DNA of 64,000 nucleotides from positions 129,828,001-129,892,000 of the forward strand of contig NC_091979.1 in assembly GCF_044704955.1 (NCBI RefSeq). Reading direction: 5' to 3'. The DNA is from Pristiophorus japonicus (lineage: Eukaryota). Of this stretch, positions 52,321 to 64,000 are shown piece by piece; positions within the stretch are counted from its first letter, which is position 1, and every line of letters starts with the position of its first letter. The position numbers and the translations under genes are program-made. Under the pieces are notes generated by a model that saw only the letters and a program-made list of their open reading frames with translations, was not told the DNA's origin and made no database searches.

Positions 52321-53705
52321 ATGGTAGTGGGTAAAATGATGGAATCAATTATTAAGGATGTCATAGCAGCGCATTTGGTAAGAGGTGACATGATAGGTCC
52401 AAGTCAGCATGGATTTGTAAAAGGGAAATCATGCTTGACAAATCTTCTGGAACTTTTTGAGGATGTTTCCAGTAGAGTGGACAAGGGAGAAACAGTTGAT
52501 GTGGTGTATTTGGACTTTCAGAAGGCTTTCGACAAGGTCCCACACAAGAGGTTAATGTGCAAAGTTAAAGCACATGGGATTGGTGGTAGTGTGTTGACGT
52601 GGAATGAGAACTGGTTGGCAGACAGGAAGCAAAGAGTAGGAGTAAATGGGTACTTTTCAGAATGGCAGGCAGTGACTAGTGGGGTACCACAAGGTTCTGT
52701 GCTGGGGCCCCAGCTGTTTACATTGTACATTAATGATTTAGACGAGAGGATTAAATGTACTATCTCCAAATTTGCAGATGACACTAAGTTGGGTGGCAGT
52801 GTGAGCTGCGAGGAGGATGCTATGAGGCTGCAGAGTGACTTGGATAAGTTAGGTGAGTGGGCAAATGCATGGCAGATGAAGTATATTGTGGATAAATGTG
52901 AGGTTATCCACTTTGGTTGTAAAAACAGAGAGACAGACTATTATCTGAATGATGACAGATTAGGAAAAGGGGAGGTGCAACGAGACCTGGGTGTCATGGT
53001 ACATCAGTCATTGAAGGTCGGCATGCAGGTACAGCAGGCGGTTAAGAAAGCAAATGGCATGTTGGCCTTCATAGCGAGGAGATTTGAGTACAGGGGCAGG
53101 GAGGTGTTGCTACAGTTGTACAGGGCCTTGGTGAGGCCACACCTGGAGTATTGTGTACAGTTTTGGTCTCCTAACTTGATGAAGGACATTCTTGCTATTG
53201 AGGGAGTGCAGCGAAGGTTCACCAGACTGATTCCCGGGATGGCGGGACTGACCTATCAAGAAAGACTGGATCAACTGGGCTTGCATTCACTGGAGTTCAG
53301 AAGAATGAGAGGGGATCGCATAGAAACGTTTAAAATTCTGTGACGGGGTTAGACAGATTAAATGCAAGAAGAATGTTCCCAATGTTGGGGAAGTCCAGAA
53401 CCAGGAGTCACAGTCTTAGGATAAGAGGTAAACCATTTAGGACCGAGATGAGGAGAAACTTCTTCACCCAGAGTGTGGTGAACCTATGGAATTCTCTACC
53501 ACAGAAAGTTGTTGAGGCCAATTCACTAAATATATTCAAAAAAGAGTTAGATAAAGTTCTTACTACTAGGGGGATCAAGGGGTATGGCGAAAAAGCTGGA
53601 ATGGGATACTGAAGTTGCATGTTCAGCCATGAACTCATTGAATGGCGGTGCAGGCTCGAAGGGCCAAATGGCCTGCTCCTGAACCTATTTTCTATGTTTC
53701 TATGT
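52321..53705 (+). mobile_element. Young 5'-truncated CR1 LINE (same subfamily as 19484-22460)
   Basis: 340-aa RT ORF 52321..53343 nearly identical to the 932-aa ORF; frameshift at about 53340; tttctatg tail. Confidence 0.95.
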
Positions 53706-54102
53706 CTCCTCTCTCCCGGTCAAAGGCTTCCCCCCACCCCCTCTCACTCTCTTGCCTTTCCTGCTGCTGCTGCCCGGGCATCTGCTGCACTTAACTGTGC
53801 TAATTTCCTTACCTGCGCCAATTTCTTTAACTATCCTCAGGGTTTTTTTTCGAGTGGCCACATACGCTGGCCTAAGTAAAACTGGAGTAACTATTAGCTG
53901 GTCAAAGGTGTCTAAATAGCCAGAATTGACGTAGGTGGCTGGTAACGCCTCCTTTTGAGAAAAAATAAATTACAAAAAAAAAACGTAACTAAGTCAGTTA
54001 CGCTGGTGCAAATTGATTGGGGAAACTGGGGATTTTTAAGTTAGGCCAGAAAAAGCAGCTTACTCCAAAAAAAAAGAGCAAATACTGGGGAAAATTGAGC
54101 CC
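53706..54102. mobile_element. One-ended MITE fragment related to 4848-6194
   Basis: Ends GGGGAAAATTGAGCCC; subterminal sequence resembles the 4848 terminus. Confidence 0.65.
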
Positions 54103-54374
54103 AATGTGAGCAATTGGAGAATAAATCTTTCAATTGAAATAGTTTTACATGTACAATATTCATATCTATAAAATCCAAGGGTTTCTTCACCCAAAACAGT
54201 AGAAATGAATGTAATTGAATGAAAGCCTCACAATTAAGCAAACAGAGCTAAATTGTGATCCAACTTCTTACAGTCCCGTTTCATAATTAAAGTGCAGTTA
54301 ATAGGATGTGCTATGTAGACTCATGATGAAACCTAACATAACCCTGGGCCTCCAAAAATGACATGCAATATATC

Positions 54375-57015
54375 ATATAGGAGCAAGAGTAGGCCATTTG
54401 GCCCCTCGAGCCTGCTCCGCCACTCAATAAGATCATGGCTGATCTGATGGTGGGCTCAGCTCCACTTCCCTGCCCGCACCCCATAACACTTGCCTCCTTT
54501 ATCTTTCAAAAATCTGTCTATCTCCACCTTAAATATATTCAATGACCCAGCCTCCACAGCTCTCTGGGATAGAGAATTCCACAGATTTACAACCCTGAGA
54601 AGAAATTCCTCCTCATCTCAGTTTTAAATGGGTGACTCCTTATTCTGAAACTATGCTCCCTAGTTCTAGATTCCCCCATGAGTGGAAACATCACCTCTGC
54701 ATCTACCTTGTCGAGCCCCCTTATTATCTTATATGTTTCATTAAGATCACCTCTCATTCTTCTGAACTCCAGTGAGAACAGGCCCAACCTTTCTTCATAA
54801 GTCAACCCCTTCATCTCAGGAATCAACCGAGTGAACCTTCTCTGAATTGCCTCCAATTTGCCTTAATATAGAATGACGTAAGAATCAAGTGCGCCACCCT
54901 TGCAAAAATTGTTTTATATATTGTAAGTGTTGTGCCAATTGTTTTAAAGTTTGTGTAATGTTTTTTTAAATGTTTTTATAATCCCACCTTAAATGAGACC
55001 AAAACTGTATGCAGTACTCTAGAGGTGTGGCTTCACCAATACCCTGTACAGTTGTAGCAGGACTTCTCTGCTTTTATACTCCATCTCCCTTGCAATAAAG
55101 GCCAACATTCCATTTGCCTTCCTGATTACTTGCTGTACATACATACTAACTTTGTGTTTTATGCACAAGGACCCCCAGGTCACTCTGTACTGCAGCATTT
55201 TGTACTTTTTCTCCATTTAAATAATTTGCTTTTTTATTTTTTTCTGCCAAAGTGGATAACCTCTCACTTTCCATTATACTCCATCTGGCAAATTTATGCC
55301 CACTCACTTAGCCTGTCTATATCCCTTCGCAGATTTTTTGTGTCCTCCTCATAACTAGCTTTCCCGCTCATCTTTGTATCAGCAGCAAACTTGGTCCCTT
55401 TATCCAAATCATTAATATAGATTGTAAATAGTTGAGGCCCCAGCACCAATCTCTGTGGCACCCCACTAGTTACTGTTTGCCAACCAGAAAATGACCCATT
55501 TATCCAGAGTGTTTTCTGTTAGTTAGCCAATCCTCTATCCATGCTAATATATTACCCCCAACTCCATGAACTTTCATCTTGTGCAGTAACCTTTTATGTG
55601 GCACCTAATCGAATGCTTTCTGGAAATCCGAAAACACCACATCCACTGGTTCCCCCTTATCCACCCTGCTCGTTACATCCTCAAAGAACTCCAGCAAATT
55701 TGTCAAACATAACTTCCCCTTCATAAATCCATGCTGACTCTGCTTGACTAAATTATGCTTTTCTAAATGTCCTGCTACTGCTTCCTTAATAATGGACACC
55801 AGCATTTTCCCAATGACAGATGTTAGGCTAACTAGTCTATAGTTTCCTACTTTTGTCTGCCTCCTTTTTTTAAATAGGGGCGTTACATTTGCGGTTTTAC
55901 AATCCGCTGGGACCACCCCAGAATTCAGGGAATGTTGGTAGATTACAACCAATGCATCCACTATCTCTGCAGCCACTTCTTTTAAGACCCTAGGATGTAA
56001 GCCATCAGGTCCAGGGGACTTGTCCGCCTTAAGTCCCGTTATTTTACCGAGTACTATTTCTTTAGTGATAGTGATTGTATTAAGCTTCTCCCTCCCGAAA
56101 GCCCCTTGATTATCCACTATTGGGATGTTTTTAAGTGTCTTCTACCATGAAGACCGATACAAAATATTTGTTCAAAGTCTCTGCTATTTCCCTGTTCCCC
56201 ATTATTAATTCTCCAGTCTCATCCTCTAAGGAACCAACATTTACTTTAGCCACTCTCTTCCGTTTTATATACCTGTAAAAACTCTTACTATCGGTTTTTA
56301 TATTCCTTGCTAGTTTACTTTCACAATCTATCTTCCCTTTTTTTATTATCTTTTTAGTCATTAATTGTTTTTTTTTAAGTTTCCCAATCCTCTGGCCTCC
56401 CACTAATCTTGGCCACTTTGTATGCCATTGTTTTCAATTTGATACCATCCTTTATTTCCTTAGTTAGCCACAGATGGTTATTCCTTCTCAAAGTCTTTCC
56501 TTCTCACTTTAGCCAACTCTGCCTTCATACCTTTCTATTCTCCTTTATTTAAGCTTAGGATACTGGTTTGAGATCCAACTTCTTCACCCTCCAACTGAAT
56601 TTGAAATTCAACCATGCTATCATCACTCTTTCCTTGAAGATCCTTTACTATGAAATCATTTATTAATCCTGTCTCATCTCAGAGTTTCAGATCTAAGATA
56701 GCCGACTCCCTGGTTGATTCCGCAATGTACTGTTCAAGGACACCATCCCACTTACACACTATGAACTCTTCCTCAAGGGTACGTTGGCCAATTTGTATTG
56801 TCTAATCAAAATGAAGATTAATATCACCCATGATTATTGCCGTTCCTTTTTTATAAGCCTCCATTATTTGATTTATACTCCGTCCAACAGTGTAGCTACT
56901 GTTCAGGGGCCTATAGACTACACCCACTAATGACTTCTTCCCCTTATTATTCCTTAGCTCCAACCAAACTGATTCTGCAGCTTGATCTTCTAAGCCAATA
57001 TAATTTCTCACTACT
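54375..57015 (-). mobile_element. Degenerate CR1 LINE (EN to 3' UTR)
   Basis: VYRP..IIMGD (56802..57011), PGPDG..QHGF..DFQKAFD (55605..56117). Confidence 0.9.
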
Positions 57016-57149
57016 GCACTTAGAGATGCTAGAGTTTCATTTGTGTACAGTCTTGAAGAAAAAAAAAAAGTGATTTGGTCACTAGGTTACAAATTGAATC
57101 TATCTAGCACAGTGGAAGTCACATCATGTTACATGTATTCAATACTTAC

Positions 57150-57198
57150 AAACAATCCATTTCTCCATAGTGTCCAAAGAGAGGTATTCACATGGCAT
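57150..57198 (-). CDS. NCKAP1: NCKAP1-family coding exon (equiv. exon 8), 49 bp
   Basis: MPCEYLSLDTMEKWIV(F); acceptor cag, donor gtaagt. Confidence 0.94.
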
Positions 57199-57283
57199 CT
57201 GATCAAATAAAGCAAAAAAGTGGTTTCAGAATGGTTTAAACGATTTAAAACAACAGTTGCTAGCTGTATATAATTTATTTTAC

Positions 57284-57421
57284 CGTGTCAGATTGTGCAG
57301 GATTAAGCATGGTGCTGGGAGCGCTGATTAGGCTTAATAACTGGGCATTTCTCCATTGTTCTGCTGAAAGGTTCCGTCGAGGATAAACCATCTGGAGCGA
57401 AATTAGTGCATCTGACAAAGA
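57284..57421 (-). CDS. NCKAP1: NCKAP1-family coding exon (equiv. exon 7), 138 bp
   Basis: [46 protein letters not shown] (in ORF 57275..57484); acceptor aag, donor gtaaaa. Confidence 0.95.
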
Positions 57422-57577
57422 CTTGGCGGAAGGAGAACGATACACAAGATTACTTCCAACAAAGGCATTAGAAAAATAATTCAATAGTTATCAACACCTA
57501 AAGATGAAAAAAGGTTGAAGCCGAAGTGTAACGTTGCTTTAAAAAAAAATTAAGAAAAATGTCACCTCTCGTCTTAC

Positions 57578-57668
57578 CTTACTATGTGGCACAAATTCTT
57601 CCATCATTTTCTTTAGTGGGTTTTCATAATCTACAATCATCTGGCCAAGTCTTGGATATTCACGATCA
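57578..57668 (-). CDS. NCKAP1: NCKAP1-family coding exon (equiv. exon 6), 91 bp
   Basis: (S)[30 protein letters not shown]; acceptor cag, donor gtaaga. Confidence 0.95.
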
Positions 57669-57894
57669 CTGTCAGAAAAATATTACACAAACTGTTTTCA
57701 ATACCAAGTTAACCAGAGTTTTTAAATAAGATAGTAACATTTCCACCATCTTTCATGTTATTGTGTTTTACATTTGGTATGCAAGGTAAATTGCAATAAA
57801 AAGAGATAAATAACCATGCCCATGTAATTTGTATTTGACTATGTGCCGCTCACCTGCAGTAGGGGAGAGAGCAAATGCTGAGAGCACTGAACCA

Positions 57895-58055
57895 CATGAT
57901 GATGCATTTAAGGGGAAGCTAGATAAACACGAGGGAGAAAGGAATAGACAGATATGTTGATAGAGTTAGAGGAAGCAGGGTGGAAGGAGGCTCTGCATAA
58001 ACACCAGCATGAACCAGTTGGGCCGAATGGCCTGTTTCTGTGCTATACATTCTAT
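57895..58055 (+). mobile_element. Short CR1 3' tail fragment
   Basis: gggccgaatggcctgtttctgtgct..ttctatg. Confidence 0.7.
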
Positions 58056-58819
58056 GGTGTATAGTCCAAAAGGCATCAAGTGCCAACTGGCACCAGGGAA
58101 GTTTGAGCAACACCTTTGAGCACAACCAGAATCGCTGTTGAGTTCCCATCCAAGTGAGACACGGCACAGTTAATCCAATAATACATAGATCGATCTGTGC
58201 TTTGAGACTTGGGCTTGTACGGTACTCAGTGGCCATCAGTGTCAATATATTTTCAACAGTAATTGTCAGCAACAATTCCCTGGTATCAACTGATGCTGAC
58301 CCAGCTTCGAGGCTAACCAGTGCTGCTGACTGTTCGGGAATACAAATTAGTGCCAATATACTGTCCCATCTGTGCAGTTATTTAGTTTGTTTTGATGCTG
58401 ACAATATACTGTATGAATTAGTGCTTGCAGCTGGTGGGGGGGGGGGGGGGAAAGAGAGGAGTCATTCCCAGTGCCGAATGTCAAAATTCCAATTTTGTGC
58501 CCCATGCCCCTCATTTGTTTTTTTATTTAAAACAGCTCTTCACATGGCACTACAAAAAACATGACAGCAATATTTAGTGTATAATTGTTGCTATGCTACC
58601 TTGGTAAAGCACTACTTCCAGCTGAACCTGTATACAGGACAACTGAAATGACTTGATTTTATACTGGCTATTGTTTTATTCTTAGATGTGTCCAAATAGG
58701 GACAGGACTGTTTTGTAATTTCTTCTAGAGGTTCTCTGAATATTGCCAGTCTTCTCCCCGCTCACCAACCACGCCCACTGCCCCCTCCCCCCACAACCCC
58801 AGGGCCACCAAAACAGAGT

Positions 58820-61090
58820 TGGGAAATGTTAGTATTCAGAGGGACCTGGGGGACTTTGTACACTAATCACAAAGTTAACATGCAGGTACAACAAGCAATT
58901 AGGAAAGCAAATAGTATGTTAGCCTTTATTGTTAAAGGATTGGGGTATATATAGGGTCTTGATGAGACCACGCCTGGAATATTGTGTACAGTTTTACTCT
59001 CTTTACCCAAGGTAGGGATATAACAATACAAAGGTTCGCGAAAATGATTCTTGGGAATGGGGAAAATGGGGGTGATTGTCCTCAGAGGAGAGATTTGAGT
59101 AGGCCTATATTTCCTAGAGTTTAAAAGAATGAGAAGTGATCTCATGAAACGTATAAAATTCTTACAGGGCTTGACAGGGTAGATGCAGGGTGGATGTTTT
59201 CCCTGGCTCAGGAGTCTATAACAAGGGGTGTCAGTCTCAGAATGAGACGGGTCAGCCATTTAGGACTGAGATAAGGAGATATTTCTTCACTCAAAAGGGA
59301 ATTCTCTACCCCAGAGGACTGTGGATACTCAGTCGTTGAGTATATTCAAGAGAGATGGATAGCTTTTTTAAGATACTGAAGGAACCACGGGAACTGAAAG
59401 AAATCCTTATTAGTCAGGAAATTGGGTTCGGGAAATTAATGGGATTGAAGGCCAATAAATCCCCGGGGCCTGATACTCTGCGTCCCAGAGTACTTAAGGA
59501 AGTGGCCCTAGAAATAGTGGATGCATTGGTGATCATTTTCCAACAGTCTATCGACTCTGGATCAGTTCCTATTGACTGGAGGGTAGCTAATGTAACACCA
59601 ATTTTTAGCCTGACATCGGTAGTGGGGAAAATGTTGGAATCAATTATTAAAGATGAAATAGCAGCGCATTTGGAAAGCAGCGACAGGATCGGTCCAAGTC
59701 AGCATGGATTTATGAAAGGGAAATCATGTTTGACAAATCTTCTAGAATTTTTTTTTGAGGATGTAACTAGTAGAGTGGACAAGGGAGAACCAGTGGATGT
59801 GGTGCATTTAGACTTTCAAAAGGTTTTTGACAAGGTTCCACACAAGAGATTGGTGTGCAAAATTAAAGCACATGGTATTGGGGGTAATGTATTGACGTGG
59901 ATAGAGAACTGGTTGGCAGACAGGAAGCAGAGAGTCGGGATAAATGGGTCCTTTTCAGAATGGCAGGCAATGACTAGTGGGGTGCTGCAGCGCTCAGTGC
60001 TGGGATCCCAGCTATTTACAATATACATCAATGATTTAGATGAAAGAATTGAGTGTAATATCTCCAAGTTTGCAGATGAGACTAAGCTGGGTGGGGTTTG
60101 AGCTGTGAGGAGGATGCTAAGAGACTGCAGGGTGACTTGGACAGGTTAGGTGAGTGGGCAAATGCATGGCGGATGCAATATAATGTGGATAAATGTGAGG
60201 TTATCCACTTTGGTGGCAAAAACAGGAAGGCAGATTATCTGAATGGCAACAGATTAGGAAAACGGGGCAGTGCAATGAGACCTGGGTGTCATGGTACATC
60301 AGTCATTGAAAGTTGGCATGCAGGTACAGCAGGCAGTGAAGGCGGAAAGTGGCATGTTGGCCTTCATAGCTAGGGGATTTGAGTATAGGAGCAGGGAGGT
60401 CTTACTACAGTTGTACAGGGCCTTGGTGAGGCCTTACCTGAAATATTGTGTTCAGTTTTGGTCTAATCTGAGGAAGGACATTCTTGCTATTGAGGGAGTG
60501 CAGCGAAGATTCACCAGACTGATTCCCGGGATGGCAGGACTGACATACAAGGAGAGATTGGATCGACTGGGCCTTTATTCAATGGAGTTTAGAAGGATGA
60601 GAGGGGATCTCATAGAAACATAAAATTCTGACAGGATTGGACAGGTTAGAGGCAGGAAGAATGTTCCTGATACTGGGGAAGTCCAGAACCAGGGGTCACA
60701 GTCTAAGGAGAAGGGGTAAGCCATTTAGGACTGAGATGAGGAGAAACTTCTTCACTCAGAGTTGTTAACCTGTGGAATTCTCTACCGCAGAGTTGTTGAT
60801 GCCAGTTCATTGGATATATTCAAGAGGGAGTTAGATACGGCCCTTACAGCTAAAGGGATCAAGGGGTATGGAGAGAAAGCAGGAAAGGAGTACTGAGGTG
60901 AATGATCAGCCATGATCTTATTGAATGGTGGTGCAGGCTCAAAGGGCTGAATGGCCTACTCCTGCACCTATTTTCTGTTTCTATGTTTCTATATGGGGAT
61001 AAATGCGGGAAGGTGGAGTTGAGGCAGAAGACTATTAAATGGTGGAGCAGGCTTGAAGAGCCAAATGGCCTACTCCTGCTCCTATTTATG
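58820..61090 (+). mobile_element. Older CR1 3' fragment with a younger CR1 (about 59385-60990) inserted near its end
   Basis: 248-aa RT ORF 59355..60101; older tail resumes at about 60991. Confidence 0.85.
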
Positions 61091-61343
61091 CTCTTGTGTT
61101 CACTGCAGATAATGTTACCACTTCAAAACTGTGTGCACACAAAACAGATCAAACACCTACAGATCATAGACAGATATTTAGTTGAGTTGTTTCAAATTAA
61201 AAATGCAAATTCACTGATCGGCATCCATACTTTCAAAAAACAAGCTCAGATAGCAACATTAAGTTCCAGCATAAATAAGGTATCCCATACATATAACCTA
61301 GTTTCATAAACTCTTATTTGGTGGGAGGAAAAGCATGCGACAT

Positions 61344-63480
61344 TCATCATCATAGGCAGACCCTCGAAATTGAGGAAGACTTGCTTCCACTCAAAGTGAG
61401 TTCTCAGGTCACTGTACAGTCCAATATGGGAATCTCAGTCTCTGTCACAGGTGGGACAGACAGTGGTTGAAGGAAAGGGTGGGTGGGAAGTCTGGTTTGC
61501 CGCATGCTCCTTCCACTGTCTGCGCTTGATTTCTGCACGCTCTCGGCGACGAGACACGAGGTGCTCAACGCTCTCCCGGATGCTCTTCCTCCGCTTAGGG
61601 CAGTCTTGGTCCAGGGATTCCCAGGTGCCGGTGGGGATGTTGCCCTTGATCAAGGAGGCTTTTGAGGGTGTCCTTGAAAGGTTTCCTCTGCCCACCTGGG
61701 GCACGCTTGCCGTGTAGGAATTCCGAGTAGAGCGCTTGCATTGGGAGTCTTGTGTTGGGCATGCAGACGGTTATGTATGTGGACTTGTATTTACTCTGTA
61801 CAGCCACCAGAGGGCTCATTCCCCGGACTTCCAAGGGATCCCATAATCGCTTGGGAGCACAGGTATGCAAGAAGGCTTCACAGGTTGGAGGCGCACTCTG
61901 GAGACCTGCAATAAAAGATTAGGGTCACACTTTACTTTGAGCTCAGTGTTCAGTCTGACTCTTTCTCGATACACTACACAGACGATGTGGCCCTCCCAAC
62001 GGAGCTGGTCGAGTGTGGTCAATGCTTCGATCTGGCCTGAACGAGGACATCGATGTTGGTGTGTCTATCCTCGCAGTGGATTTGCAGGATCTTGCGGAGG
62101 CAGTACTGATGGTACTTCTCCAGCACTTTGAGGTGTCTACTGTATATGGTCCACGTCTCAGCCACATAGGAGGGCGGGTATCACGACTGCCCTGTAGACC
62201 ATAAGCTTGGTGCCAGATTTGAGGTCCTGGTCTTCAAAAACACTCTTCCTCAGGCAACCGTAGGCCGTGTGGCACACTGAAGACGGTGTTAGACCTAGTC
62301 ATCGATATATACCCTTGCTGATAGTAGGCTCCCGAGGTATGGAAAATGGTCCACGTTGTCCAAGGCCGCGTCGTGGATTTTGATGACCGGGGGGGCAGTG
62401 CTGTGTGGCAGGGTCAGGTTGATGGAGGACCTTTGCCTTATGGATGTTTAGTGTAAGACCCATGCTTTCGTACGCCTCAGTCAAGATGTTGATGATGGCA
62501 TGGAGTTCAGCCTCTGAATGTGCGCAGACGCAAGCATCGTCCAGGTACTCTAGTTCGATAACAGAGGATGGGACGACCTTGGATCTAGCCTGGAGGCGAC
62601 GATGAACAAATTCCCATTGGTTCTATAGTTCAGTTCCACTCCAGCGAAGAGCTTGTTGAGAGATGGAGCATAGGCAGCATGGAAGATCGAGAAGAGCGTT
62701 GGCACGATGACGCAGCCCTGCTTGACCCCAGTCTGGACATGGATTGGGTCTGTGGTGGATCCATTGGTCAGGATCACCGCTTGCATGTTGCTTTGGAGCA
62801 GACGGAGGTTGGTCACAAACTTCTGAGGGCAGCCGAAACGGAGGACGCTGCTCCCTCATCCCTCACGGTTGACGGTGTCAAAGGCCTTTGAGAGGTCAAA
62901 GGCAGCCATGTGCAAGGGTTGGTGCTGTTTCCTGCATTTCGCTTGCAGTTGTCGCGTGGTGAAAATCATGTCCTTTGTGGATGGAATCCGCATTGTGACT
63001 CTGGGAGGAGCTCTTCAGCCACAGGGAGAGGATGGTTGAGGGGAATTCTTGCGATGACTTTCCCAGTGGCCGACAGCAGGGACGATTCCTCTGTAGTTGC
63101 CGCAGTCGGACTTGCCGCTTTTTTGAAGATGATCACGATTACTGCATCGCAGATCTCCCAGCTGAGAGACACAAAGTCATGCATTCGTGTCAATAGTGCT
63201 TCTCCACCATACTTTAGTGCCTCAGCGGGGATTCCATCTGCTCCAGATGCCTTGTTGTTCTTGAGCTGACGGATGGCCTTTTCTTCCTCATGCAGGGCTG
63301 GGGTTTTGCTGAGATGGTGGCGGGTAGCATGCTGCGGAATGGAGTAGAGGACACTTATGTTAAAGGTAGGGTCTCGGTTAAGGAGATCTTCGAAGTGCTC
63401 CTTCCAGCGAGCCCAGAGTGCCTCAGTGTCCTTAATGAGTGTCGCCCCGTTCTTGGCCAGCAGTGGGGTAGGGCTTTGGG
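61344..63480 (-). mobile_element. RTE/BovB-like LINE (RT region to 3' end), interrupted by a solo LTR
   Basis: RWKEHFEDLLN, KASGADGIPAE, LPESQCGF, GVKQGCV; (cat)n tail. Confidence 0.9.
61769..61978 (+). mobile_element. Solo LTR (Gypsy-like), about 210 bp
   Basis: Ends ..tacactaCA, AATAAA, 5-bp TSD CAGAC; 5' TG appears mutated to GG; RTE continues on both sides. Confidence 0.8.
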
Positions 63481-63780
63481 TGCATTCCATGGCATTCAAG
63501 ACATACAAATACAGAATAAATACCAGTAAGACAAACTCAAACATGCTGTTAGGCCAATAATTAAATTGACTAATACTTTCCTTAAGTAATCATGCAAATC
63601 ATCAACATTGCAATTTAAAGACAATTTAGTAGTGATCAGTAATTTAAGAGCCCATATCATAGAAGATATTACTCACAGTATTAAGCCTACTTAACAGCTG
63701 TTCTCTAAACTGCTAAAATATACAATTCATGATCTACAGCATACAAAATGTATAGATTCTAAATACAGATTAGCACTCAC

Positions 63781-63923
63781 CTAGCTCCATGCAGCATTTC
63801 ATGTGCATAATTGTAGAGGCCGACTATTGCCTTCCGTTCTTCAATCCGAGACACCATTATCATTAGTGTTGTGTAGGTTACAACTAAGTCCAAGTAATTT
63901 TTGGTTAAATCAAAGTTGACAGT
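63781..63923 (-). CDS. NCKAP1: NCKAP1-family coding exon (equiv. human exon 5), 143 bp
   Basis: Translates [47 protein letters not shown](S); acceptor ...ctccaag, donor gtgagt; phase joins the next exon. Confidence 0.93.
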
Positions 63924-64000
63924 CTTGGAGGAGGGGTGGTGGGGAAAGAAAAAAAATGCAAGAAAAAAATCAATACAAAAATATTGTAAATTTGGTATCT

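Noticed and set aside
58130-58240. 5S rRNA-like motif (cttggatggga on the minus strand)
   Set aside because: Only about 11 nt match; the rest of 5S is not recognisable
63671-63705. Second gtgagt donor near exon 5 as an alternative exon or extension
   Set aside because: Every acceptor or extension I tried gives an in-frame stop or a frameshift

Overview
Eukaryotic (vertebrate) genomic DNA, most likely an elasmobranch/shark given the CR1/L2/RTE/Penelope/DeuSINE repeat repertoire. The window is the interior of one minus-strand multi-exon gene of the Nck-associated protein 1 (NCKAP1/Hem-2/Nap1, WAVE regulatory complex) family. I can trace 13 consecutive coding exons, equivalent to human exons 5-17: 1395 nt, 465 codons, all GT-AG, one continuous reading frame. 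Introns are heavily filled with transposable elements: many CR1 LINEs (one with an uninterrupted 932-aa EN+RT ORF2, two with ORF1/esterase remnants), L2 and RTE/BovB-like LINEs, two solo LTRs, several MITEs, ancient SINE relics and a GC-rich 31/36-bp minisatellite. Most ORFs in the supplied track are TE fragments or antisense/repeat artefacts. There are no prokaryotic features or CRISPR arrays, and I found no clearly new multi-gene system. The best leads are the Hem-1-like residues in this gene (paralogue question), inverted young CR1 copies flanking an exon, a templated inverted duplication, a candidate microexon/recursive splice site and ancient SINE/ribozyme relics. Comparisons with known proteins and repeat consensuses are from memory and need alignment. 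TE boundaries are approximate unless termini are quoted.
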